Origin: an uncultured virus (IMG/VR IMGVR_UViG_3300030103_000980)
Taxonomy: Duplodnaviria; Heunggongvirae; Uroviricota; Caudoviricetes
IMG/VR virus record: IMGVR_UViG_3300030103_000980
Length of the DNA: 20,000 nucleotides
Direction: 5' to 3' (one strand)
Below are positions 1 to 7,570 of this stretch, in pieces. Position 1 is the first letter of the stretch; every line of letters starts with the position of its first letter. A program made the translations under genes and the position numbers. Under the pieces are notes generated by a model that had not been told where the DNA came from, made no database searches, and was given only the letters and a program-made list of their open reading frames with translations.

Positions 1-11
1 TAGCCATTTTT

Positions 12-392
12 CTATCCCAATGCTATTGCGAATGCCAACGCATTCGGGTCTTGTTCTGTAAAGTTCTGCGCGGTTCCACTTGCATCATTAAAAATCATCT
101 TCTCTGCTGGCAACGTACAGAAGATGGTTCGTGTGCCTGATGTCCAATTCACAGCGTTATCAGAATTGCTAGACTGCAATATTGTGGTACGAGCCAAGGT
201 TGTACCAGATGCAGTGTAGGTTCCAATACCTATCTCAAAATCAGTTCCATCCGTGCAAGCATAATAGGTAGTGTTACCATTACCTATCTGGCTAAACGCC
301 TCAAAACCAGTTAGCGCACCAGCAAGAGTATATGTGCCAGTGCCCGTTGTGGTGGTTGTTTCTTTCACGCGGTCTTTCAGAACAAGAGCCAT
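12..392 (-). CDS. Virion structural/tail-associated protein
   Basis: 126 aa, Thr/Gly-rich beta-type sequence (DRVKETTTTTGTG) typical of marine phage tail-region proteins; TAATG-coupled to the upstream gene. Confidence 0.65.
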   Translation of the reverse strand: MALVLKDRVKETTTTTGTGTYTLAGALTGFEAFSQIGNGNTTYYACTDGTDFEIGIGTYTASGTTLARTTILQSSNSDNAVNWTSGTRTIFCTLPAEKMIFNDASGTAQNFTEQDPNALAFAIALG

Positions 393-820
393 TACTTCAA
401 CTCGACTGTAAGATTCCCAGCGTTAATACGGAAGATATCCCCCGTAGCAATAGTCTTGTTTGCATCTAGCGCACCAACAAACAGAATGTTACCGCTTGAA
501 GCCGCATCTACAAGAAATGCATGTGTTACAGTGTTGCTGGTTCCAGTTGATGCCGGAAACTCAATGTTAGCTGCGTTGGTAACTGTCTGTTGATCCGTAC
601 TTGCGGAGGCTAGTGTCCAGTTTGCTGCGGTCACTTGCTGTCGTGCATACGAACCAAAAGTTGCTTCTGTTAATGAACCAGCCTCTGCGTCAGAAACTGC
701 TGTTGCCAAGCCAACATATATACTGTCGCCTGGTGTTGCGAATGAACCAGCATTATTCTTAAAAATAAAACTAAGTATTTTATTCTCAAGGTAAGTGGTT
801 GCTGCGTTGCTTGTTGCCAT
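392..820 (-). CDS. Virion structural protein (tail region)
   Basis: 142 aa, Ala/Thr-rich; YLENKIL...YARQ...IEFP pattern recalled from phage tail proteins; AGGAG RBS. Confidence 0.65.
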   Translation of the reverse strand: MATSNAATTYLENKILSFIFKNNAGSFATPGDSIYVGLATAVSDAEAGSLTEATFGSYARQQVTAANWTLASASTDQQTVTNAANIEFPASTGTSNTVTHAFLVDAASSGNILFVGALDANKTIATGDIFRINAGNLTVELK

Positions 821-829
821 TTGTTACTC

Positions 830-1477
830 CTAAGTCCTTGGCCTGTCGGGTAAGCCCCTGCGATACGCATCTGAGTTTTCTCTAGCTTCCGCCAAGTCTT
901 TCAAACGCTGAATTTCCTGCGCGAACCTCTGCTCGTACAGTTGCATCATATCCTGCTCACCTTTCATGTAAGTATACGCTTCCACAAGTGAGCCGTAAAG
1001 AAGAGCGTTAGGGGCGTTGTCGCTCAACCATGATGTTGCAGAGTCTACACCAGCGGTAATGCTGGCGGGTCTGTAGTAATAGTGTAGCTCTACTGTGTAG
1101 TTACTGTCGGGTGTAGGGCCAACAATAAAGTTATCCACGTCGTAAACACTGTAGTATTTTGGTCTGGCGTTTGCGCCTGTGTCTATAGAATACTGTTGAA
1201 CAAAGTTCACATCTTTAAAGTCTAAGAACACCTTGTTCGATGCTGTTGTGATTTGAAAAGAAAACGGCGCAAGGTAGTCTGTAGGAACAGACAAGTACGG
1301 ATCAGCGTTTGTCAGTGCGGATGTAGCGTTTTTACGAAACAACTCAAGGTCAACAAGTGTAAAGATACGATCCTCTGCACCACGAATAAACACTGGCAAG
1401 TTCGTAACGAAAGATGTCTCAGTGTTTTCTGCGAAGTCTTGGATAGCTTGTTTGAGTTGTGCGTATGTAAATGACAT
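830..1477 (-). CDS. Head-tail connector/tail tubular-like protein
   Basis: 215 aa; N-terminal TYAQLKQAIQD helix, RPKYY, GPTPD..Y.VELHYY and LLYGSLVEAY motifs typical of adaptor proteins; tail-module position. Confidence 0.6.
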   Translation of the reverse strand: MSFTYAQLKQAIQDFAENTETSFVTNLPVFIRGAEDRIFTLVDLELFRKNATSALTNADPYLSVPTDYLAPFSFQITTASNKVFLDFKDVNFVQQYSIDTGANARPKYYSVYDVDNFIVGPTPDSNYTVELHYYYRPASITAGVDSATSWLSDNAPNALLYGSLVEAYTYMKGEQDMMQLYEQRFAQEIQRLKDLAEARENSDAYRRGLPDRPRT

Positions 1478-1489
1478 GTTACCTGCTCA

Positions 1490-2140
1490 CTATACTATTG
1501 TTATATTTCCAACCATGCTGCTGTGAACAGTACACTGGTACACCAACGAAGTATCACTAGGCTCATGTGGCACAATAAATTGAGTTAATCCGGTGGTGCT
1601 GTTGTAGTTATCTGTAACTCCTGTTGTAAAAGCAGAGCCACCAGAAGCTGTTCGTATCTGCAAAGGATGACTGCTGACATAGGAGGTGTTGTCAATTAAG
1701 TATGTGTGACCCTTGTAGAAGGTAAAGTTGGGATTGTTACCAGCGGTAGCACCTGGTCCAGAAAAAGTGTAAGCAGAACCTGTAGCCCCCGTTGTTGTGT
1801 ATGTGGTTGTCGGACCACTGACTTCATCATTAAGCCGTATCCAATTACCCCCGTGAGCAAAATACAAACCACCCGTTGCGTGGACATGAGCAACCGCGCC
1901 GTGATAGGTTGATGCGCTAGGCAAATCAGTCAGGGCAGCATAGTAGAAAACAATTTTGTTCGCGCCAGAACTAACGTCAATAAGACCATTTGTGTCGATG
2001 ATGTCAGTTAAAGCTGTGCCGTTACCCAACGCATTGTAGATTTCGTTGAAGTTGTCGTTTATCTTATCCGCTCCAGCACGAAGAGTATCACCTGTGCCAT
2101 CATTTGCGCTTGATCCGATTCCTACTGTTTGTTTAGCCAT
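1490..2140 (-). CDS. Virion appendage protein with T4 gp9/gp10-like N-terminal motif and C-terminal cupredoxin-like domain
   Basis: N-terminal ANDGTGDTLRAGADKINDNFNEIY; C-terminal HPLQIR...YQCTVHSSMVG (His...Cys-x2-His-x2-Met). Confidence 0.65.
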   Translation of the reverse strand: MAKQTVGIGSSANDGTGDTLRAGADKINDNFNEIYNALGNGTALTDIIDTNGLIDVSSGANKIVFYYAALTDLPSASTYHGAVAHVHATGGLYFAHGGNWIRLNDEVSGPTTTYTTTGATGSAYTFSGPGATAGNNPNFTFYKGHTYLIDNTSYVSSHPLQIRTASGGSAFTTGVTDNYNSTTGLTQFIVPHEPSDTSLVYQCTVHSSMVGNITIV

Positions 2141-2719
2141 TTAGCCCTCGTCAAAAGTCTTAGTTGCCGAATCGAGTGTAACATTTGTTGCGTCAAAGGT
2201 CGATGCTGTTGATGGTGTTGCTGTCCCCGGCCCAGAGGTCGCATTGTCACCACCGCCTCGTGCGTTACCGATTGTTGCTGTTTCACCTCCGGTAATGGTG
2301 ATTGTATACGAATTAGCATCGACAACCGTGATTGTATACCCTGTAGCTTTTTCAAGACTAGCTTCTGAAAATCCATCAAACGCCTCCACTTTACGAAAAA
2401 CAACAGCATCTGATGTGCTGCGACCATGAGAAGGTTCAAACACTGTGACCACAGGAGATCCCGGAGAACCAGATTGAAATGCATTCTTCATCAAAAGTAT
2501 TTGCCCAGCCACCTCTGTGCTTGTGTCTGGTCTGGGTTCAAAAAGTGCTTGTGGATCTGAACCGGGGGATATGGGTTCTAACTGTGGGTGTTTTGGCTCA
2601 TACTCATCTGGGCCAACTTTAAGACCATTCCATTCCGTTATCATGTCAGCAAGACGATAACGAAACCCAGAACGGTCTGATATACCGTAAGCATATTTCC
2701 CAGATGCATATCTAGCCAT
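2141..2719 (-). CDS. Virion structural protein (neck/tail region)
   Basis: 192 aa; N-terminus YAYGISDRSGFRY...EWNGLKVGPDEYEPKHPQL; ends in a TFD..TLDS..TFD repeat; TAATG-coupled. Confidence 0.6.
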   Translation of the reverse strand: MARYASGKYAYGISDRSGFRYRLADMITEWNGLKVGPDEYEPKHPQLEPISPGSDPQALFEPRPDTSTEVAGQILLMKNAFQSGSPGSPVVTVFEPSHGRSTSDAVVFRKVEAFDGFSEASLEKATGYTITVVDANSYTITITGGETATIGNARGGGDNATSGPGTATPSTASTFDATNVTLDSATKTFDEG

Positions 2720-3387
2720 TAGTTTACCCGAAGATAAGAAATACTAGGCTGTAACTTCAACGGTACTCTATCTTCGTCCTCATCCGCTGCACGTTGGAAC
2801 TCTTCTTCATACACAGACTTCAAAAGCTGCACCCGCTCTGGTGCTCTTTTGATTGACAGATAATACGCTAAACCTGCGACCATACAGGGCAAGAACCGAA
2901 ACGGTGCATCAGTTGTGTTGGCTAGGGTGTCAACGTCTTCTATGCGCTTCACATAGTAATACACAAGCGTATCGGTTGAGTTTTCTGGAGTAGACCACAA
3001 AGTAATCTGCGGAGCACTTTGTCTGTTGTAGTAATACTGACTTGGCTTACCCTGTGTTGTTTTGTTTGGTATGCCAAGATACTCACCACGAGACATCCGA
3101 GTAAGTTCTTGATCTACACCGCTGCGTCGTAGTGAAACCTCAAGAAGATCTGTGTGATTAGCATCAAGCGTATAAGTAGCGGTGCCCTGTGTCAGAGCTT
3201 GCGTTGCCTGCTTCACCGTCCACAAGTTAAGGCCACGATTGGCCCAGTCAGCAAACATCAGGTTCATAGAACGACGTGCTGTCTTGGCATCGTATCCGGT
3301 GCGAACCTCAAGTCCACACCGCTCATACGCCTCTTCAATTATCTCGGCTACGTCGAGGTCGAAGTCTGTTGAACCTGAAGTTGCCAT
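2719..3387 (-). CDS. Head-tail adaptor/tail tubular protein A-like
   Basis: 222 aa; IIEEAYERCG, WANRGLNLWT, GKPSQYY, FLPCMVAGLAYYL motifs; first gene of the neck/tail block. Confidence 0.65.
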   Translation of the reverse strand: MATSGSTDFDLDVAEIIEEAYERCGLEVRTGYDAKTARRSMNLMFADWANRGLNLWTVKQATQALTQGTATYTLDANHTDLLEVSLRRSGVDQELTRMSRGEYLGIPNKTTQGKPSQYYYNRQSAPQITLWSTPENSTDTLVYYYVKRIEDVDTLANTTDAPFRFLPCMVAGLAYYLSIKRAPERVQLLKSVYEEEFQRAADEDEDRVPLKLQPSISYLRVN

Positions 3388-3537
3388 TTACTTCTTCTTT
3401 CTCATGGCCTTTCCTTTTTTAGCCATGACAGGTTTTTTCATCATCATGCTGCCGCCGCCACGCATCATCTTCTTTTTAGCTGCACCACCACGCATCATTC
3501 TCATGGGCTTCTTTTTTCCACGCATCATTCCTGGCAT
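3388..3537 (-). CDS. Small Met/Lys/Gly-rich basic protein (49 aa, not in ORF track)
   Basis: Hand translation MPGMMRGKKKPMRMMRGGAAKKKMMRGGGSMMMKKPVMAKKGKAMRKKK; AGGAG RBS at 3546-3550; stop directly abuts the next ATG. Confidence 0.8.
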   Translation of the reverse strand: MPGMMRGKKKPMRMMRGGAAKKKMMRGGGSMMMKKPVMAKKGKAMRKKK

Positions 3538-3997
3538 CGTATAATCTCCTTGCCGAACGCTCGGCTATTAGGTTGTCAAAGTCATCATCATCATAGTTGT
3601 CATAGTAACCTTTTTTCAGCAGCTTTGCACTTGCATCATCAAGTTTTGACAACCGTTGTATAAACACCATAGTTATGTCGTGTTGAAACGACAACAGCCA
3701 GATGTTCATCCCTTTTTGCGCGAACCATTTGTTTAGTGCCATGCATGAGATTTCAAGGTCTTCATACTCACAAAATGGTTCTTGCTGTGCCACAATGACA
3801 ACCTGATGGTCGTCATTAAAACTATCAACCTCTTCGTTTACAACGTCCCAGAAGTCATCTTCTGTTTCGATTACCTTTACTTGGCTCTCAAACCAAGCTT
3901 TCTTTGCGTATGGACAGGGCCAGATATTATTCAAGTCTGGATCAGGAACACTAAGTTCCTCAACAATCCACTGTTCAAGCTCTTTCTTTACGTCCAT
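3476..3997 (-). CDS. Hypothetical acidic protein with PCPYA motif
   Basis: Likely start MDVKKELEQW at 3997 (173 aa); the longer start lies inside the 3975-4148 gene. Confidence 0.7.
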   Translation of the reverse strand: MDVKKELEQWIVEELSVPDPDLNNIWPCPYAKKAWFESQVKVIETEDDFWDVVNEEVDSFNDDHQVVIVAQQEPFCEYEDLEISCMALNKWFAQKGMNIWLLSFQHDITMVFIQRLSKLDDASAKLLKKGYYDNYDDDDFDNLIAERSARRLYDARNDAWKKEAHENDAWWCS

Positions 3998-4148
3998 TTC
4001 TTTTCGGCATTTGCATCGCGCCAGCCATTTCCTTGCGCGGTGAACAAGCCGCTCCTCCATGTTTGAACCCAGGCACACCACGGCCTTTCAAAATGTCTTT
4101 CTTTGTGACCTTGCCATCACCTGTTAAATCAGGAAATTTTTTTGCCAT
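3975..4148 (-). CDS. Small basic protein with EF-hand/dockerin-like loop (57 aa, not in ORF track)
   Basis: Hand translation MAKKFPDLTGDGKVTKKDILKGRGVPGFKHGGAACSPRKEMAGAMQMPKRNGRKERA; TAATG-coupled to 4148-4426. Confidence 0.75.
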   Translation of the reverse strand: MAKKFPDLTGDGKVTKKDILKGRGVPGFKHGGAACSPRKEMAGAMQMPKRNGRKERA

Positions 4149-4426
4149 TACTTCTTCTTCCTTCTAAGTGACTTAACGCGACGTGGCTTACCAGCAGGCT
4201 GACCCAATCGCTTCTTCTGTGCTATTCTACTACGTTTTTCTGTAGCCGTCATCTCTTTGGATGTTTTGGGTGTCTTGCTAGAAATCCTCTTAGTGGGGCG
4301 ACAATATGGAGTACCCCGTTTTTCACCTTTGCGTCTGCCACACGCTTTCCCCGTGCGCTGGTCCTTCCAGTCTTCTTTGAACCACCGTTTGAGAGCAAGA
4401 CCAGCTTTTGTTTTTCTAACAGCCAT
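4148..4426 (-). CDS. Small highly basic phage protein
   Basis: 92 aa, K/R-rich; LKRWFKEDW..CGR..YCRP..TPKT pattern recalled from marine phages (DUF5872-like, unverified). Confidence 0.75.
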   Translation of the reverse strand: MAVRKTKAGLALKRWFKEDWKDQRTGKACGRRKGEKRGTPYCRPTKRISSKTPKTSKEMTATEKRSRIAQKKRLGQPAGKPRRVKSLRRKKK

Positions 4427-4436
4427 ATTCTTCCCA

Positions 4437-4880
4437 TCAGCCTCTAATACTTACAACTATAAATATTCCCAATCCAACCAACATAGCAATTATAACCGAC
4501 ACTAACGTCCATTCCATAACTGCTTCTATCAAACGCTCCCGTTTTCTTTTCTTTGCCTGTCGTTCTTTTCGTAAATCACCTTGTACTTTTAACACATCTC
4601 TCCAAGCATTAAACCCATAATTGGCAACCAAGAAATTACGAAGCTCTGCTTCCATCTTTTCTGCCTTCTTTTTTGCGGCGTAGGTGTGTAAAGCTTCCTC
4701 TTCTACACTACCAAACCTCCTACCCTTTGCCTTCTCATGCCCCTCTTTAATTTGGCCTATGGCACCCATAAGTTTACCAATGTCTTTTGACATTGATGTC
4801 ACTTCTTTGCCGAGGGCGAATCCTTTTTTAATCGCCTGATATGAAGTTGTGGCGGTGGCGATTAATGTAACAGGATCCAT
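4437..4880 (-). CDS. Hypothetical protein with C-terminal transmembrane anchor
   Basis: 147 aa helical; C-terminal WTLVSVIIAMLVGLGIFIVVSI preceded by a basic patch. Confidence 0.7.
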   Translation of the reverse strand: MDPVTLIATATTSYQAIKKGFALGKEVTSMSKDIGKLMGAIGQIKEGHEKAKGRRFGSVEEEALHTYAAKKKAEKMEAELRNFLVANYGFNAWRDVLKVQGDLRKERQAKKRKRERLIEAVMEWTLVSVIIAMLVGLGIFIVVSIRG

Positions 4881-5153
4881 CTATGACTGCGTTACCGCCC
4901 CCTTTGTTCTTTTGCGTCTACCCTTCATTATAGCACCACATCCACGCGCCACTGCTGTCCCTTTGACGGCTTTCCCTCTGAAGGCGCGCTTGGGCTTCTG
5001 GTCGTGTATGCCACCATCGGCTTTCTTTGTTGACTTGCCATAATTGGCAGCACCGACTTTTCTGCACTTGGCGATGGCCCCGCTTGCGTACGCCGACGGG
5101 AAAACCCTATATCTTGCCTTAACCTTGTGATAGCATGCATCTTTCTTACTCAT
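4881..5153 (-). CDS. Small highly basic phage protein
   Basis: 90 aa; KDACYHKVKARYRVFPSAYASGAIAKCRK, KADGG, ARGCGA; ATGA overlap with the upstream small gene. Confidence 0.75.
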   Translation of the reverse strand: MSKKDACYHKVKARYRVFPSAYASGAIAKCRKVGAANYGKSTKKADGGIHDQKPKRAFRGKAVKGTAVARGCGAIMKGRRKRTKGAVTQS

Positions 5154-5302
5154 TTCTTTTTCTTCCTACCTGCACAATGTGCTCTTTCGCTAAACCCACG
5201 CGGACGCTTACAGTTTATTTTTGCCTTGCGTTTCTTACTCCACTTGCGTTTTTGCGGTGGTTTGGATATTTGGCTTGCGAGTGACCCACGCGAGATTGCC
5301 AT
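5150..5302 (-). CDS. Small basic protein with capsid-like MAISR N-terminus (50 aa, not in ORF track)
   Basis: Hand translation MAISRGSLASQISKPPQKRKWSKKRKAKINCKRPRGFSERAHCAGRKKKK; GAAAGG RBS upstream; TGA overlaps the next ATG. Confidence 0.75.
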   Translation of the reverse strand: MAISRGSLASQISKPPQKRKWSKKRKAKINCKRPRGFSERAHCAGRKKKK

Positions 5303-5480
5303 CATTGACCCTTTCTTGTAAGTAATAGTCCCAAAGTTCAGCCAGCACTTTATGGTTCTGGTCTACTTTAACAGCTATAACAGCAGTCTCAGTCTTCAAG
5401 TCAACCACAGTAAAAGCTATCCAGCCAATAAAGCCGAGCGTTGCGCCACCAATAAAACTGTTCACGTTTAACACTTCCAT
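5235..5480 (-). CDS. Small single-pass membrane protein
   Basis: 81 aa; hydrophobic FIGGATLGFIGWIAFTVV followed by an amphipathic helix. Confidence 0.55.
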   Translation of the reverse strand: MEVLNVNSFIGGATLGFIGWIAFTVVDLKTETAVIAVKVDQNHKVLAELWDYYLQERVNDGNLAWVTRKPNIQTTAKTQVE

Positions 5481-5752
5481 CTCCGCCTCGCTTGCCTCAA
5501 TCTGCTATTCGGATCTTTGGCTGCTTTTGGAAACTTTTTCATTTGACCAGCACTTCTAGCGCAGAAAGACTTACGTCTTTTAGCGTCCTTGCTACCCTTT
5601 TTGACTTTACCTGTTACGGCTGTCTTTAACTTAGAACCAGGATTGGCGCGACGGTACGCTGCCACGCCAGCCTTGGTCATGCCTGCACCTGCTTTCGTTG
5701 GACGAAAGTTTTTCTTATTACGGGGCGGCATCTTACTTTTTTTACGAGTCAT
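5468..5752 (-). CDS. Small highly basic phage protein
   Basis: 94 aa from MTRKK; GMTKAG..YRRANPGSKLK..RRKSFCARS..ARRRWKC pattern recalled from marine phages (DUF6321-like, unverified). Confidence 0.75.
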   Translation of the reverse strand: MTRKKSKMPPRNKKNFRPTKAGAGMTKAGVAAYRRANPGSKLKTAVTGKVKKGSKDAKRRKSFCARSAGQMKKFPKAAKDPNSRLRQARRRWKC

Positions 5753-5756
5753 AGGA

Positions 5757-6032
5757 CTACCCAAAGAAAGCAGTTATCGCGTCTACGTTTGTCAATGTAA
5801 CATGGCACCCGTCATCAAATATTATTCCGTGATCAGGAATAGTAATCTGAGTGTCGTCACCCGCTACAAATGTCATGGTTAAAAGCGTTGTGCCACCAGA
5901 ACCACCAGTTTTGAAAACTGCCGCAGGAGACCCACTCCCAGCAGAACGAACCACAAAAGCTTTTAAGCGGGTTCGACCACCAAGCAATGTGCCTGTGGCT
6001 GTAGCAGTTTTTGCTGTAATAGAAGCAGCCAT
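5757..6032 (-). CDS. Probable minor virion/decoration protein
   Basis: 91 aa, Ala/Thr/Gly beta-rich; GGAGG RBS; second gene after the capsid gene. Confidence 0.6.
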   Translation of the reverse strand: MAASITAKTATATGTLLGGRTRLKAFVVRSAGSGSPAAVFKTGGSGGTTLLTMTFVAGDDTQITIPDHGIIFDDGCHVTLTNVDAITAFFG

Positions 6033-6044
6033 ATCAGCCTCCTA

Positions 6045-6527
6045 TTAAGCAGTTGGTGAATCAGAAGCAATACCAAAGAACTTCAGAGCGACAACGCCAC
6101 CAGCACCTGCTGTACCAGAAATCACAACTTCAACTTCGTCAGCGGTCTCTGTAGCAGCAGTTGTTGTTCCACCAGACATGCCAAGCACACCGTTACAAGG
6201 GAAGAAGCCCTTAAAACCTGTTGAGTTAATAGCAACAGAAATGCCATCCACAAAACCATCTGTGTCAGCGTCTGTGCCAATATCAACCAAGTTTACGTTG
6301 TTAGCCGCAGCACTTGTTACTGTGACGGCAACGCCCATAGGAATGAAGTTAGACGGAATCCCAATTGATGATTCTTTGTGATCTGTACCAGATGCAGCAA
6401 TTGTAATTGAAGTGCTGTAGGTAGACAAAGTCATTTCATTGGTAAGAGCACCAGTGTTAGCGTTCTTGATGATTGTCTTAAATCCGTTTTCTGAACGGAC
6501 GGGACCGTTGAAAGTAGTATTAGCCAA
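6045..6527 (-). CDS. Probable capsid decoration/minor capsid protein
   Basis: 160 aa, TTG start with AGGAG RBS; MANTTFNGPVRSENGF N-terminus; first gene after the capsid gene. Confidence 0.6.
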   Translation of the reverse strand: MANTTFNGPVRSENGFKTIIKNANTGALTNEMTLSTYSTSITIAASGTDHKESSIGIPSNFIPMGVAVTVTSAAANNVNLVDIGTDADTDGFVDGISVAINSTGFKGFFPCNGVLGMSGGTTTAATETADEVEVVISGTAGAGGVVALKFFGIASDSPTA

Positions 6528-6530
6528 TTT

Positions 6531-6580
6531 TATCTCCTGTCTCGGCTAGTGTCAGCCACACCATGCGGCTGTCAGGGATA
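6531..6580 (-). promoter_or_regulatory. Candidate structured 5' leader that sequesters the RBS
   Basis: Minus-strand RNA: UAUCCCUG pairs with CAGG(A)GAUA (contains SD AGGAG); encloses hairpin CAGCCGCA-UGG-UGUGGCUG and an asymmetric internal loop. Confidence 0.45.
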
Positions 6581-6591
6581 CCTAAGTATAC

Positions 6592-6623
6592 AATAAAAAA
6601 GGGCGGGTGAATACCCGCCCTTT
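6592..6623 (-). terminator. Rho-independent terminator after the major capsid gene
   Basis: Minus strand: AAAGGGCGGGT-ATTC-ACCCGCCC-TTTTTTATT, about 20 nt after the capsid stop. Confidence 0.85.
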
Positions 6624-6642
6624 AAAAAAGATGTTTCTAACT

Positions 6643-7557
6643 TTACGCTGCGCCGGGTGAACCGAAGATACAACGTGGGTCAGAGAATCCAAAGCTGTAA
6701 CGCTCACGAGCCTTGAAGCGCATGTTACCAGTGTCGAAGTCTGGGTCCATTGCTGTTGACAGTGCAGTACGCTCAAAGTGCTTGAGGCCATTTGGTGCAT
6801 CTGTCTTGAGGAAGAACGCATCAGTATCAACCAAGTAGTCGTTGACAACGTAGCCTTCAGGCAACATGCCCATTGACTTGAGTGCGTTTACATCATTGTC
6901 TGCTGTGCCTACACGAAGGTTGGAGACAAGCAGACGTTCTGCAACGAACTGAAGCTGACGTGGAATGATTAGCTTCATACCGCGAAGAGCGATGATCAGG
7001 CCACGCTCATCAACGAAACCAGCGATGCTAATCAGAGCGTCTTCTAAAGAAGTTTCATTCAAATCAGCAGCAGTTGATGGTTCGTTGGCGAATGTGCCAC
7101 CTGATGTCAGCGGGTGTGACGCATCACACAGAGCAACACCGTCACCGCCAGCAAATGCGCCAGCAGAGAATGCATTGTTCAGGATTGATGCAGCTTTAAC
7201 CTGCTTGGTGTGTGCCATAGAACGTGCAAGTGCACGAGTATAGCGTGAAGCCAGACGATCGTACAGATTGTCTTCCACAGCTTCTTCAGTGATTGAGAAG
7301 GCCATAGCCACTGTCTCGTGGTTGTAACGAGCAGTGTATGCTTCGTTCGCATCATCGAATGATACGCCCGAACCTTCACTTTTTACAGGAGCCGCGCCGA
7401 ATCCTGACAGCATTACCTCTTCTTCAAACGCCCGGTCAGATGACTCGGTGTCAAAGATTTCAGAATGCTGACCTTCGTAGCGACCATATTCCATGCCGAA
7501 CAGAGCGTTAAGACCAGGCTCTAGTTCTTTGGCGAGTTGTGCTCTAGAAATAGCCAT
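6643..7557 (-). CDS. Major capsid protein
   Basis: 304 aa; MAISRAQLAKELEPGLNALFG, ITEEAVEDNLY, FDTGNMRFKARERYSFG..DPR motifs; follows scaffold, followed by a terminator. Confidence 0.88.
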   Translation of the reverse strand: MAISRAQLAKELEPGLNALFGMEYGRYEGQHSEIFDTESSDRAFEEEVMLSGFGAAPVKSEGSGVSFDDANEAYTARYNHETVAMAFSITEEAVEDNLYDRLASRYTRALARSMAHTKQVKAASILNNAFSAGAFAGGDGVALCDASHPLTSGGTFANEPSTAADLNETSLEDALISIAGFVDERGLIIALRGMKLIIPRQLQFVAERLLVSNLRVGTADNDVNALKSMGMLPEGYVVNDYLVDTDAFFLKTDAPNGLKHFERTALSTAMDPDFDTGNMRFKARERYSFGFSDPRCIFGSPGAA

Positions 7558-7570
7558 TACCTACACTCCC

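Noticed and set aside
6531..6580. Leader as a known riboswitch or tRNA
   Set aside because: I cannot match it to a known aptamer consensus or a cloverleaf; kept only as a candidate novel structure.
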